Assembly: GCA_964016885.1 (NCBI GenBank)
Contig: OZ024742.1
Span: forward strand, 72,788,001-72,852,000
Direction of reading: 5' to 3'
Origin: Eledone cirrhosa
Taxonomy: Eukaryota
DNA: 64,000 nucleotides
Position numbers and translations under genes: made by a program. The first letter of the stretch is position 1. Every line of letters starts with the position of its first letter. Shown piece after piece: positions 49,703-62,477 of the stretch. Below the pieces are notes generated by a model. It ran no database searches, was not told where the DNA came from, and saw only the letters and a program-made list of their open reading frames with translations.

Positions 49703-52031
49703 CTGGAGAAAGAATTTAACAAAGTATACAAGTTTAGGTGTTTGTTATATTTTACAACTGCAACAACAACAAATTTAAAAAAAAACAAAAAAAACAAGAA
49801 CAAATCTAGATTTAAAGCTCCTAATTTCCTCCACACATAGTGGTGGTGTTGCAATAAAACACACCCAGTACACTCTGTAAAGTGGTTGGTATTAGGAAGG
49901 GCATCCAGCTGTAGAACCAAACCATGAAAAACAAAAGGCTGAGAGGACTCTTCTGTTATGTCACGGTCATGATAGCCTCTTTAGTGCAGATGCCACAATA
50001 TAATGTAAAGTGGTTGGTGCTATGAAGGGCACCCAGCTGTAGAAAACATACTAAACAAAGGGCTGAGAAGATTTCAGTTGTGTCAAGGACACTACAACCT
50101 CCTTAGTATTGGTGCCATGATAAAATTCACCAAATACATTTTGTAAAGTAGTTGATGATATGAAGGACACCCAACTGTAGAAACCATTCCAAAACAGGAA
50201 CATATGGAAGCAAGAGCTAGCTCCAGGCTCATTTAAGACAATCCACCCAACCCATGCCAGCATGAAAAAATGGACATAAAATGATGATGATGATGATTTG
50301 TCCTATGAGACAATAACATAATATAATATATTTATATAATTTCAATAAGTATAAAATAATTGACAATATTTTCAATTATTACAAAATATTTCATAATTTA
50401 AAATATTATTAAATTATAAAACATTTCTCAATTTTTATATTTATCTACAATTATAATTTCTTTAAATAAAGGAAACATGCTTGGAACATGATGAACAAAG
50501 TTTGGAATTGAAATAAAAATAGAGGCTTCACCGTAATATTTGCTGATACCATCTTTTTCTGCTCTGTGGGTTTCTACACCCTATTATTAGACTATATCAT
50601 AGTCAAAATATTACAGTAAAGCTTCTATTTCTATTCAATTAATTAAAAATTGAAAATAACTTAAAACTAAAAAAATGATGATGAGGATAATGATGATGAT
50701 AATCATCATCAACAACATCATTTTACATCTACTTTTCTATGTTGATAATGTTTATAAGTAGATTGAGAAAGATGATTATTGATGCTACTGCTGCTGTTAC
50801 TCACACCAATGGTGGTGTTGAAATGAGGATGAGGATGCTGTTGTTGTTGTTGCTTACCCCAAACCAACCCTGATTGAGCAGATTATGATCAAAGGTATTC
50901 CAACTATAACCATCTCATCTTTTTCTTATATGTGGCAAACCCAGAGCCACATTATTAATGTACCCGTTTTTAACATTCTACAAAGTTTTAGCAGAAAATG
51001 TCTAAAAAAATAACTGGGTCTGTTAATTCAAATGTTTATAGTGTCTTTACCAGTGGACAGATCACTGTGAAAATGTGTAGTATTACAGTAAAGACTTTAC
51101 TTTTAATGTAATGTAGTCATAGTGAATTTTTGTACTTTTAAAGAATGTATTGCTAAAGTGGTTTTCGGGTACTACAGGGCATTAAGAGCTAAATTGCAAT
51201 GATGTGATTTGAGGGAAATTTGGCTGCTATTTCTAAAAGGTTGAGTGACTGTCAGGAGACTTCTTCATAGACTTGCTGGTGATATTGTCATCAACAATGA
51301 TGATTATGTTATCAATAATGACAGGAATGATGATAATAATTTTGACAATCATGATGATAAAGGACCACAACTAACTGTTGCAAGGCATCTTGTCCGCCAC
51401 CTTTACAATAATGAGGATAATAACAGCAATGTTGCTACTAATTATGATGACAATGATAATGATAATGATGATAATAATGATGAAGATGATCATCATCATC
51501 AGCATCATCATCATCATCAACATGGCAATGATGATTGTGATGATGATAATTATGAAGTAGGTTCAGGCATGGCTGTGTGGTTAAGGATTTGCTTTGCAAC
51601 CGAGTGGTTTCAGGTTCAGTCCTAGTCTTCTAAAATAGCCTCAACTTGACCAATGCCTTGTGAGTTGGTAGAATGAAACTTCAGGCACCTGTTGTGTATA
51701 TATGTATGCGTCTATATTTATGTTTGTATTTGTACCTATGTTTATGTGCCGTAACTAAGTGTGTTGATAAAATAAGTACCGAATTTGAAAAAATAAGTTC
51801 TGGGGTTGATATGATCAACTAAATTTCTTTAAAGTTGCGCTCCTGCATGGTCGCTGCCTAATGACTGAAGCCAGTAAACAAGACAAATAGAAACAGTCAA
51901 CATTAACTAGTCAGAAGAACACATTCTGGGAGAATGGTAGGTGAAGGAAGAGAAAGCATGATATAATGGAAATATTAACAGATAGACTGACACACAAACA
52001 GACAAGACTGAACAGTTTGAAGTCTACTCAC

Positions 52032-52176
52032 AGCATTGACAGCAGGTGGCAGCAGTGAGGCAGATATGGCAACACCAACCAGTGGCCCAGAGTTGCCTCC
52101 AAGGACGGACAGTGATACTCCAGCACCAGATGGAAGCGCTATTAAGATACCAATCCACAGACTTCGACTCATGCCT
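52032..52176 (-). CDS. DUF389-family membrane protein exon (core motif)
   Basis: ctag|AGGCATG...AATGCT|gtgagt; GMSRSLWIGILIALPSGAGVSLSVLGGNSGPLVGVAISASLLPPAVNA contains the LVGVAISASLLPP signature. Confidence 0.92.
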
Positions 52177-53109
52177 CTAGAGGGAGAAGAGAATGAGAAA
52201 AAACCCCAGAAATATATAAAAAAGACAAGCAAGCAATTAACAAACTGCTTCTTATGAATTAACTGCTGAGATATATTAACCCTTCTGTCACCACCTTTTT
52301 AATAAAAGACACAGCCTACGGTTTTAAAATAATTCTGAAAATAATCAAGGATTTGAAGGGATTTAGTAATATAACTAACAGTTTTGTAGAACCAGAGGGA
52401 TCCTTGAGTGGTTTGGTAATGAAAAAGTTAATGTTTTTTTTTTTGCTTATTTTACACAACTTGGTATTGGGAGGAAGGGCAGCTCCCATAACTTTTTCCA
52501 GGATCTCAGAAACTGGTGGAAGAAGGAATGGGAAATGAAGTTATGCTTAGACAGATGACCTAGTCGCAATGCTTACAACTGACTGGACTCCACTAAAGGT
52601 ACCCAAGGATCAATTGGTGGTTCTGCACTGAGAAGCCAATGAAATCTATTACCCATGAAGGCCATGGCTCTAATGGCTCTGCCAGCTCATCGCCAGCTGG
52701 TAGTATGTCATATCAGATATAATCAATATATACACTGCTGCTAGATTCCCTTCTGTTTTTTATCCATCATGCTATGAGACAACCTGCTTCAGCCACAGAC
52801 CTCAGCAAGACAGAAAGTGATATGATGGGGAAATGTTAGAAGACATAGAACCATAAAAGCAAAGAGACAGGCTTAGAAAGATTGGAAAAAGGGGGACAGA
52901 GAGCAAAAACAAATAATTTAAGAAAGGCTAGGGGAGAAGAAGAAAAGACGTTTACACATGTTCTAACCTGTGAGGCGTTTTGGAGTGCAAGGCATACTGG
53001 ATTTGATGCAAATACACTGCTTTTCATATAACCTTCAATTTCCTTTTTTCTTCAGATAGAAGGGTATTATTTGAAGAAAAGAAAAACAACATAAAAATAT
53101 GTCCCTTAC

Positions 53110-53200
53110 CTGGATTTCATTTCCATAGTTGGCCATTCTTCAATGTAACCTGTCAGACCTTGGAGTTGGATGGCACCAATGATTAGGCCAAAGAAAAAAC
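53110..53200 (-). CDS. DUF389-family membrane protein exon
   Basis: atag|GTTTTTTC...TCCAG|gtaagg; GFFFGLIIGAIQLQGLTGYIEEWPTMEMKSR; phases 1/2 fit neighbours. Confidence 0.88.
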
Positions 53201-56200
53201 CTATATGAATATATATATATAGTCATCATCAGCATCACCATTTACATCTGTTTTTCATGCTTGCATGGGTTAGACAGGTTGTCATTGTCTAAGGCTTGAT
53301 GGGTGTTGCAAATATGTTTCATTTTTGGTATAGATGCCTTTCCTAATACTAACTACTTTACAGCAATTACCCCAGTACATTACTGGAGCTTTATTTTATC
53401 AACCCTGTAAGGATGAAAGGTAAAGTTAACCTCGGCGGGATTTGAACTCAGAACATAAAGGGCCATAAATCTATGTTGCAAAGCATGGTGTCTGACACTC
53501 TACCAATACTGCCAATCCATTGCCTTATGTCTGCTGTTCCATGCTCATAAGGGTTGGATAGGTCTTTTTCAGCACAGCATCACATTACTCATCATCTTCC
53601 TTTGCCATCTCCTCTATGGTCTTCAGCAATTTGAGATCACCTCTGCACAAATTTTTCTTGAGCTTCCTCAATTGCAGTTTCCCTCCACTGAGATCTTCAC
53701 CCAGCGATTATCATCCATGAGCATCACATATTTATACCAGCACAGTCTTTTCTCTTGCATACATTTAATTCTTCTTAAACCTAGTGTCTCTCTCAGTTCA
53801 CACACATTAATATTGGACATCCATCATTGTTTGCTTCATTTCACTCCAGCCATCACATATCCTATGTGTTAACTGCCCATTTCTCACTACGATGCAACAT
53901 TGCACTTTGCACACAGGCAACATACATATATATCAGCTTCCTCATCATCATCAACATTACCTTCTAATGTCTATTTTCAATGTTTGTATGAGATTGATGG
54001 GCTAGCCCATCAAATTCATGCCAGGGATGTCATGTTATGGCTTAACAGGTCAGGTGACCACGTCTTGCTCATACACTCTATTTTTTTGTTCAGTTTTCTA
54101 TGGCTGGATGCTTTTTGTAATGCTAACCCCTTTACAGCATGAACTGGGAACCTTTTTTGTGGTGCCAACACTACCACCTTACAGGGTGGACTGGCCACAT
54201 TTTGTCATGGCACCAATACGACTACCTTAAAGGGTGGACTGAGAATTTTTGTCATGATACGAGCATGACCATCTTACTGGGTACTTTTGTCATGGCCCCA
54301 GCACTATTATTTTACAGGGTGGATGAGGTGTATTTTATCATGTCCCCCATGCATTATGACATTTGGATGCTTAAAGTGAGAGCAATATATATATATATAT
54401 CATCATCATCATCACCGTTTTACGTCCGTTCTTCCACGCTAGCATGGGTTAGACGGGTTGTCCTGTTGTGGGCAGTGTCTGGTCGGCTGACCATGCCTTG
54501 CTCATACAGGAACTGATTTGGATATATACACACACACACACATACACACACATGTATTTGCTTGAAAAAACATGAGTTGATACATTTGAGTTTATCTGAT
54601 CAACACTCAATGATACATAAAATGAATTCATTGTTTGAGAGTGTCAATTAATTATTCAATTTTGAAAGGGTTGTGAACAGAATGCATAGACAATGGGAGG
54701 AGTTCAAAGAGAAGACAACAACAAATATATATATTCCTCTAAAGGAATGGCTTCCAATGCCAAAGAGGGTTGAGAAGATCCTTCAGCGATACACAACAAC
54801 CTCTCTAGTGCTGGTGCCATAAAAAACGAACCTAGTACACCAAGTAAAGTGGTTGGTGATAAGAAAACCAACCAGCTGTAGAAAGTATGCCAAAAATGGA
54901 TTGATAAGACTCTCTAACATTGGTGTTATTACAAAACGCAACCGGTACACTATGTAAAGTGATTGGTGATAGGTGGGGCCTCCAACCATAGAAAATGTGC
55001 TAAACAAAATCTAGAGAGGACTCTTCAGTCATGTCAAAGGTATGACAGTCTCATTTGTACTGGTGCCACAATAAACTGCACCTAGTACACTCTGTAAAGT
55101 GGTAATGCTGGTGCCATGATAAAATACACCTAGTACACTTTGCAAGTAGTAGGGCTGGTGCCAAAATAAAATGCACTTAGTATACTCTATGAAGTGGTAG
55201 TGCTGGTGCCATATTGAAATACACCCAGAACATTCTGTGGTTGACATTAGGAAGGGAATTCTGATGTAGACATCATGTCAAAACAAGTAATGTATGAGCG
55301 AAATGTGTTTCATGAACTCATCTTGGAAAGTGACAACCTGTCCAACCCATGCCAGCATGGAAATCATCATCATCATCATCATTTCACATTCTTTTTCCCA
55401 TGCTGGCAAAGTTTTGCTTATATGCTCCATATTTTGACATGGTTCCTGCAGCTGGGTGCACTTCCTAATGCCAACCACTTTGCAGAGTGTACCAGATATA
55501 TTTATAATGGCACCAGCACTAAAAAGGCTGTCATATTTTTCATCAAACTAAAAAGTCATCCCTACTCTACATCATTTCTGTTCTCAGGTACTCGATATAT
55601 ACAGATAGTTCTCGTTTTTCTATGTTTTCTTGAACATTCCAGAGAGGTTCACATTTACTTTTAGCATTGTAGTACATGTACTAGTGGATAGGTATTTTGT
55701 ATTTAGGCATATTGCCAGTCATCTCTTTCATGAGGTTTAGTTACTTGGGGTCATTCTTCATAACCTTGTTTCATGTCTTCCTTAGTCTCTTTCTACTACA
55801 GGTTCCATGTATTTCAAGTGCTCAACACTTTTTTTCATACAACTCTCGCTCACTTTATGCATTACACAACCATACCAGCACAATCAGCTCTCTTGTAAAC
55901 TACATTAAATTCCTCTTATATTCATTTTTTCTCTGTTCCCTTGTATTCTGTCATTCATGTGCATGTGTGTGGAGTATGCTTATCTTTCTTCTTTTTAGTC
56001 ACTGCAGATTTTAGGCATCATATAATCTGCCCTTCTTTCTGACAGAGAAGACCTTTGTTGCCAGCAAAGGTAACTGCTTCCATCCTGTCCTCAATCTGGC
56101 TTTAATTTCGGTACGTTTACTTTCACTGTTAATGAAGTTCTCTAGATAACAATAGTTATACACTACTGCAAAATGATAATATATATCATTATCAAAGCAA

Positions 56201-56711
56201 TGTTGCATGGAAATGAGACATGTGCAGTAAATGCATAGGATATGTGAAAGCTGGAGAGAAATTTAGTGGACATGCTTCGATGGATATCTAATGTTAGTGT
56301 GCATAAATGGTGAAGCATGGATGATCTAAGAGAAAAAAGAGGTATAAGAGGAATCAAATGTAGTGTGCAAAAAAGAAGACTGTGCTCATATGGCCATGTG
56401 ATACTTTTGTAAGGTGACCATAGGTCGAAGAAGTGTCAGGAGCTCTCAATGGAAAGAAGCTGCAGTAGAGGAAGACCAATGAAAACATGGGCAGAAGTGG
56501 TAAGAACAGATCTCAAAATGGTGAACCTCACAGAGGAGATGAAGGAATGCAAGGAGTGATGAGAATTTGTGCTAGAAAAGAACCATCCAAGCCAAGCTAG
56601 CATGGAGATACAGATGTAAAAAGGATGATGATGATGATGATCATCATCATCATCATCTTCGTATAACTTCCATTATTAATGATAATAATGACAATTATAT
56701 ATATATATATA

Positions 56712-59700
56712 TCATCATCATCATCATCATCAACGTTTAACGTCCGTGTTCCACGCTTGCATGGGTTTGGACGGGGGTAGTCCCACTTGAGGCAAGAGTG
56801 ATTGTCTTGCTCGCATATGACTGTCTGGCAGGTTTTCTACAGTTGGATGCCCTTCCTAACACCAACCACATTTACAGTGTGGGTCTGGGAGGTTTTTACC
56901 GTGTTGCCTACACGGCCACATTACAGCGTGGACTGTGTGTTTTTTTGTCGTGACACCTACACGATCTCATTTGTTTCGGCCTGGATGGCGCGGCACCAAC
57001 ATAACTTTACATAGAACGGGGTGGTGTGGATGGGGTGGGGGTGGTGGCGGGACGGGGTGTATTTTGTTAGAGATGCCTACTGGCAAGGCGGGTCTTCTCT
57101 GTTACTGAGTACCGCCAAAGGTCTCGGTCCAGTGACATTGTCTTGGAGAGGTGTAAGTGTGTGAGGTCGGAGTTTATCAGCTCATCCCAGGTTTTTCTAG
57201 GTCTGCCTATTCCGTGGCTACCGTCTATCTTTATTGCCCTGCACTTTGTTATACAGCTATCGACTTTCATGCGCATCACGTGTCCATACCAACGCAGCCT
57301 TCTCTCGAGTAAACAACATCTGATCCCTCTTATCTCTAATTTTTTCCTTAGTTCGTTTATGCTTTGCCGTTCACGTATATTACTGTTACACATCCAGCGG
57401 AGCATGCAAGCTTCGTTCCTCTCTAGTCTGCGTATATCCTCTGCACACAATGCCCAGGTCTCACTACCATGTAACATTGCTGTTCGTATGCAGGCATCGT
57501 ACAACCTGCCTTTCATTTTTAGGGAGAACCCTTTAGCAGCTAATAGTGGTATAAGATCTCTGAACTTTTTCCAACCAGTTCTGACTCTAGCTACAGTACT
57601 TTCAGAGCACCCTCCCCCACTGCTGATTTTATCGCCCAGGTAACGGAAGCTGTCCACTATTTCTATAGAACCCTCTGCGCAATTGAAAGAGCTAGTATTT
57701 TGTGGGCACTTGCTGCTACTTATTGCACCAGAACACCGGCCACATGTAAAATCTATGTTCTTAGTTAGCTTACCTGTGATCCCACTACATCTTTTATGCA
57801 CCCATACTTTGCATTTAGGACATAAAATGGAGTTTCTACCTACGCCTTTCCTACACACCGAGCACGACCATTTCCCAGAAGGGACTGCCGCCTTGTTTTC
57901 TTTCCTACAAACTAGAACTTTGGTCTTAGCCAGGTTAATTTTAAGTCCTTTTGACTCTAGGCCGTGCTTCCATGTTTGGAATTTCTTCTCTAGCTCGGCC
58001 ATTGATTCCGCTATGAGTGTCAGGTCGTCTGCGTATAGGAGTTCCCATGGGCAGCCTGTCTTGAACTCCTCTGTTATAGCCTGAAGGGCAATAATAAATA
58101 GTAGGGGGCTGAGAACAGAGCCCTGATGGACGCCAACTTTTACGCTAAACTCTTCACTATATTCGTTGTTAATTCTAACCTTGCTGACTGTTTCTTTATA
58201 CATGGCTTGTATAGCCCTCACAAGCCATTCGTCAACGCCTAGTTTTCTAAGAGCCCACCAGATAATGGAGCGGGGGACTCTGTCGAAGGCTTTCTCCAGG
58301 TCGACAAAAGCTAAGTAGAGGGGTTTACCTTTAGCTAGGTACTTCTCCTGTAGTTGTCGTACTATGAAAAGAGCGTCTGTGGTGCTTTTGCCTGACACAA
58401 ACCCGAACTGCATTTCATCTAGGTCAATTCTCTCTCTGATTAGTTGCGCTATTATTTTTTCCGTGACCTTCATGACCTGGTCGATTAATTTAATGCCTCT
58501 ATAGTTACTCCTATCTAGGGCGTCTCCTTTACCCTTATAACAGTTAACGATGATGCTGCTATGCCAGTCCTTCGGAACAACCCCATTCTGTACGACTTGG
58601 TTAACTATGCGGGTGACCATGGTGTGTCTCACCGTGCCAGATGCCTTCAGCATCTCAGCAACTATTTCCGAAGGCCCAGCCGCCTTACCCGTCTTCATAT
58701 CCTTGATTGCCTTACTTATTATACTCCCCTCGACTAACACTGCTGGTCCCTCTATTGGGTCGATATGGGGGAGACTGTCTTTCTCCCATTTATTCTCCTC
58801 ATTTAGTAGCCTTTCATAGTGACACTTCCAAGCTACCTTCTTATCAGTGTCGGTGATGGCAAGTATGCCATCATCGTTAAGTACACACTTCTCCCCGACA
58901 ATATCACGATTTTCCTTGACGCATTGCCTAGCAATCCTGAACACCTCACGTTTTTGGTCATCGCGTTGTAGAACATGCTTGAACTTTCTTTCCTCAGCTT
59001 CCCTTCTTGCTAAGTACACTTCTCTCCTAGCTTCCCTCCTGGCCACTTGATAGTCTACTCTACTTCCCCCATCCCGCCATACTTTCCAAGCCTGCTTTTT
59101 GGCCTTAATTGACCCCTCCACCCTACTGTTCCACCACCATGTTACTCTCCTCCTGCCTACAGGCCTGCTCCAGCCACAGACTTCGTCTGTCGCCAACAGC
59201 AGGTTTGCTTTCAGAAATTCCCACTGTCCCTCTATATTGTCCGATTCTAGATGCTCTTCCTTACTGTCGAAAGCATCAAGTAATATGCTTTGAAATTTAT
59301 TTCTGGCTGTGGGGTCCTTTAGTTTCCATATTTTCCTCCTGAGGATAGTCCTCTTCTGCTGTCGAGTACGTCTCGTCCTGACTATGAGGTCGCTAATTAT
59401 CAGTCTATGTTGGGAGGTGCATTCTTCATGGGGGAGGGATTTAGTGTTTACAACAGACACTCTGTCACGTCTTCTGGTAAGGATATAATCTACCTGGCTT
59501 GTGTGTTTCCCGGATCTATAGGTGATCAGGTGATTGTCACGTTTTTTGAAGTTAGTGTTACAGATAGTTAGGTTATTTGCATCACAGAATTCCAGGATTC
59601 TGGAGCCTTCCTCATTTCTAGTACCAAACCCATAGCCTCCATGGATTTCGTCGTAGCCATCACAATGTTGTCCAACGTGACCATTTAGGTCGCCTGCAAT

Positions 59701-59965
59701 AATTATATAGTCACTGTCAGATATTTGGGAGGTAGTTAGCAACAGTGTCTCATAGAATCTGTCTTTTATAGTGCCGGGCAGTCCGGATTGGGGTGCGTAC
59801 GCAGATATTACTGTCACCGTAGTTCTATTGAGGACAAGTCGTATTTTAATTATTCTGTCGTTCACTCTATTTACGTCTATTATCTTATCTGCCTACATTT
59901 ATGCTACCAACTCTGAAGTTTTGGGTTGCGTTTGGAGGGTGGGGGTGGTGGGGGGCGGGGGGAGA
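56712..59965 (-). mobile_element. near full-length RTE-clade LINE with internal deletion at the start of the endonuclease
   Basis: APE (AYAPQ, AGDLNGHVG, DYIL, SQHR) + RT (FVDLEKAFD, GVHQGSVLSP, YADD) + C4HC3 finger; 3' UTR ending in a (GAT)n tail. Confidence 0.95.
57067..59865 (-). CDS. RTE LINE ORF (partial APE endonuclease, RT, PHD-like finger), 932 aa open frame
   Basis: ORF track; motifs as listed for the element; lacks the N-terminal part of APE. Confidence 0.85.
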   Translation of the reverse strand: MNDRIIKIRLVLNRTTVTVISAYAPQSGLPGTIKDRFYETLLLTTSQISDSDYIIIAGDLNGHVGQHCDGYDEIHGGYGFGTRNEEGSRILEFCDANNLTICNTNFKKRDNHLITYRSGKHTSQVDYILTRRRDRVSVVNTKSLPHEECTSQHRLIISDLIVRTRRTRQQKRTILRRKIWKLKDPTARNKFQSILLDAFDSKEEHLESDNIEGQWEFLKANLLLATDEVCGWSRPVGRRRVTWWWNSRVEGSIKAKKQAWKVWRDGGSRVDYQVARREARREVYLARREAEERKFKHVLQRDDQKREVFRIARQCVKENRDIVGEKCVLNDDGILAITDTDKKVAWKCHYERLLNEENKWEKDSLPHIDPIEGPAVLVEGSIISKAIKDMKTGKAAGPSEIVAEMLKASGTVRHTMVTRIVNQVVQNGVVPKDWHSSIIVNCYKGKGDALDRSNYRGIKLIDQVMKVTEKIIAQLIRERIDLDEMQFGFVSGKSTTDALFIVRQLQEKYLAKGKPLYLAFVDLEKAFDRVPRSIIWWALRKLGVDEWLVRAIQAMYKETVSKVRINNEYSEEFSVKVGVHQGSVLSPLLFIIALQAITEEFKTGCPWELLYADDLTLIAESMAELEKKFQTWKHGLESKGLKINLAKTKVLVCRKENKAAVPSGKWSCSVCRKGVGRNSILCPKCKVWVHKRCSGITGKLTKNIDFTCGRCSGAISSSKCPQNTSSFNCAEGSIEIVDSFRYLGDKISSGGGCSESTVARVRTGWKKFRDLIPLLAAKGFSLKMKGRLYDACIRTAMLHGSETWALCAEDIRRLERNEACMLRWMCNSNIRERQSINELRKKLEIRGIRCCLLERRLRWYGHVMRMKVDSCITKCRAIKIDGSHGIGRPRKTWDELINSDLTHLHLSKTMSLDRDLWRYSVTEKTRLASRHL

Positions 59966-60582
59966 TAGGGTTATGTTAGCCATCCGCGGACGAAACAAAG
60001 AGGAGTGCTCGCATTCTCGTCCACGAGGTGAATTTGACTTTAACTTTGGCATTTTCGCTCTGAGCGTCCAGATTTTTCTCTCCCTTCCACTCTCCAGGAT
60101 TCCGCAGTCCGTCCATCCATCCATCCATCCATCATATATCGAAGGCAACCGGGCAAGCGATAGTATAGGCCTCTGGCTTATGATTGGTCCGCGTAATAAT
60201 AATAATGGTGATGCGTGGGGGGGGGGGGGTCTGGCTTATAATAATAATGGTGATGCGGTGGGGGGGGGGCTCTGGCTTATGATTGGTCCACATATTAAGA
60301 ATGCGGGCGGGAGGGGGTGTGGGGTAGGTAGCTAGCTGGAAGGTTATGAATGTTTAACAAGCGATTTAACAAAAAGCAAAACTGCAAGATTTGTTCTGTT
60401 CAATACGACAAAAACACCGTATTTAAACCTTAAATAGATAACAAAAAATACAGATTTCGGATTTTGCGAGATTGGATGTTTGGACTATGTACGAAATTGA
60501 GCGTGGAGTAGATAGAGAAAAATTTGTACTTTACGATTTACATGGGTACACCGTAGTAGGAATAATTGAAGCAGCGATGGAT

Positions 60583-60778
60583 ATGTATAATAAACAACAC
60601 AGCATAATTACCTCATTACCCGAGGTTTCCTGAACAGGACGAACACAAGAGATGTCCGCATTCGTTCGTCAGATTTTATTAAATATCTCTGACGAACGAA
60701 TGCGGACGACTCTTGTGTTCATCCTGTTCAGGAAACCTCGAGTAATGAGCTAATTATACTGTGTTGTTTATTATACAT
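60583..60778. repeat. fold-back hairpin, about 90-bp arms, followed by tail and (TA)n
   Basis: 60583-60673 inverted at 60688-60778. Confidence 0.9.
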
Positions 60779-60880
60779 TAAATATTTAGCTCTATTACTT
60801 ACATAGAGCACTCTTCATTCCTTTTACTTTTTCCACAGAAACTTCAACACTTATATATATATATATATAAATATATATAT

Positions 60881-61410
60881 CATCATCATCATCATCATTT
60901 TACGTCCGCTCTTCCCTGCTTACAAGGGTGGGACAGGTCTTATTCAGCACAGCACTTGTCACGGTCCTTCGTCATCTCCACCGTGAGCTTCAGCGACCTG
61001 AGGTCTGTTCTCACCACCTCCGCCCATGTTTTTCGTGGTCTACCTCTACCGCATCTTCCTTCAACTGGCATTTCCTGGCACTTCTTCACCCATCGGTCAT
61101 CCTCCATGCGCATCACATGTCAATATCACCTCAGTCTCCTCTCTCGCACACTACATTCTATCCCCCTCAGACACAGTTTCTCTCTCAACATATTCATGCT
61201 GGGTCGTTCACACACATTGACACTGCACATCTAACGGAGCATGCTTGCCTCATTTCTCTTCAGCCATCGCATATCCTCTGCAGTTGCTGCCCATGTCTCA
61301 CTACCATGCAGTATCGCGCTCCTCACACAGGCATCATATAACCGGCCTTTCGTACGCAGGGAGAAACCCTTCTTCGTCAGCAGAGGAAGCAGCTCCCTAA
61401 ACTTCTTCCA
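60881..61410 (-). mobile_element. RTE LINE 3' fragment (another subfamily)
   Basis: WKKFRELLPLL...KGRLYDACVRSAILHGSETW; (GAT)n tail. Confidence 0.85.
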
Positions 61411-62371
61411 ATATATATATACATACATACATGTATTTTGTAAGAGACTGTTAAATGAGTTTGTAGCATCAGAAAAGGCACCTAACAATAAAACACTCAT
61501 GCAATAAGTTACGTTCAATTCATTCCAACATGGAAAACAGAATGCTGGGAACACTGTTGTTTTCATTAAAGGCACATATGGGCCAAGTAGTGGTGTTAAC
61601 ACTTTTGATACTAAACTGCCTGAAACTGGCCCTGGTTCTATAATAGAAAACTGTTTATTTTAAAGTTTTATTGTAGATATATCTAAAAACCTTCATTTCA
61701 TATAAGAATCTTTATGTTCGAAACATCAGATAAATAATGAAAAAGTTTGTTATTTTACTAAATATCTCTAAATATTTGATTATTTTCAAAATTATTTAAA
61801 AATGTAAGGCAGTGTATTTCATTAGAAATATGTTAATGAAATAGTTGCAACTGAGTAATAAATTAAGTCTACCAACACAAGTTAGTTTTATATATGCAAC
61901 ACATTCTTGACATGTTTGACTCCAGCTCCCATTGATTTTTTGACACCCTGCACCAATGTTTCTGCCACATATTTCATACAGTCTGGTCTTTACCACATTA
62001 AAAGGAGTGGAAAAGATAAGACCAATGAAACTATGCTTTTATTAGTCTTTCCTTTGCTGGTACTATCAGCCAGTTGTCATAGTAGAAACGTCAGCACTTT
62101 TCCAGAGGCAGGATTTGAACATAGTTTGCACAGAACTGGAACAGATACTGAGAAGCATCCCATCCAACCCTTTAACAATTCTGTCAATCTACCACCTATA
62201 GACTGGTAATGTATTTATCAACCCTGAAAGGATGTAAAGCAAAGTTGATTTCAGGGGGATTTGAACTCAGAGCACAGAGAACCAGAACAAATACCAAAGT
62301 ATTTAATATGACCAGCCAATTTGCTGCCTGAAAACCAGATAGATAGACAATATAAGAAAGTAAAAACTGAC

Positions 62372-62477
62372 CACTGATAATGCACATTGCAAGACCAATT
62401 GATTCTGATCTCAGACCAAGATTTCGTAAAGAATAATTTTGGATCACAATGCCAAAAGTTCCTGCTAATATTGGGCC
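62372..62477 (-). CDS. DUF389-family membrane protein, exon (first visible in window)
   Basis: tttag|GGCCCAATA...AGTG|gtcagt; GPILAGTFGIVIQNYSLRNLGLRSESIGLAMCIIS(G), matching the GPI-x-x-x-x-G segment seen in DUF389 proteins. Confidence 0.85.

Noticed and set aside
51245-51625. Asp/Asn/His-rich ORF
   Set aside because: Degenerate (GAT/AAT/CAT)n microsatellite followed by a SINE head, antisense within an intron.
57143-59342. Plus-strand ORFs over RTE copies
   Set aside because: Antisense shadows of the RT frame.
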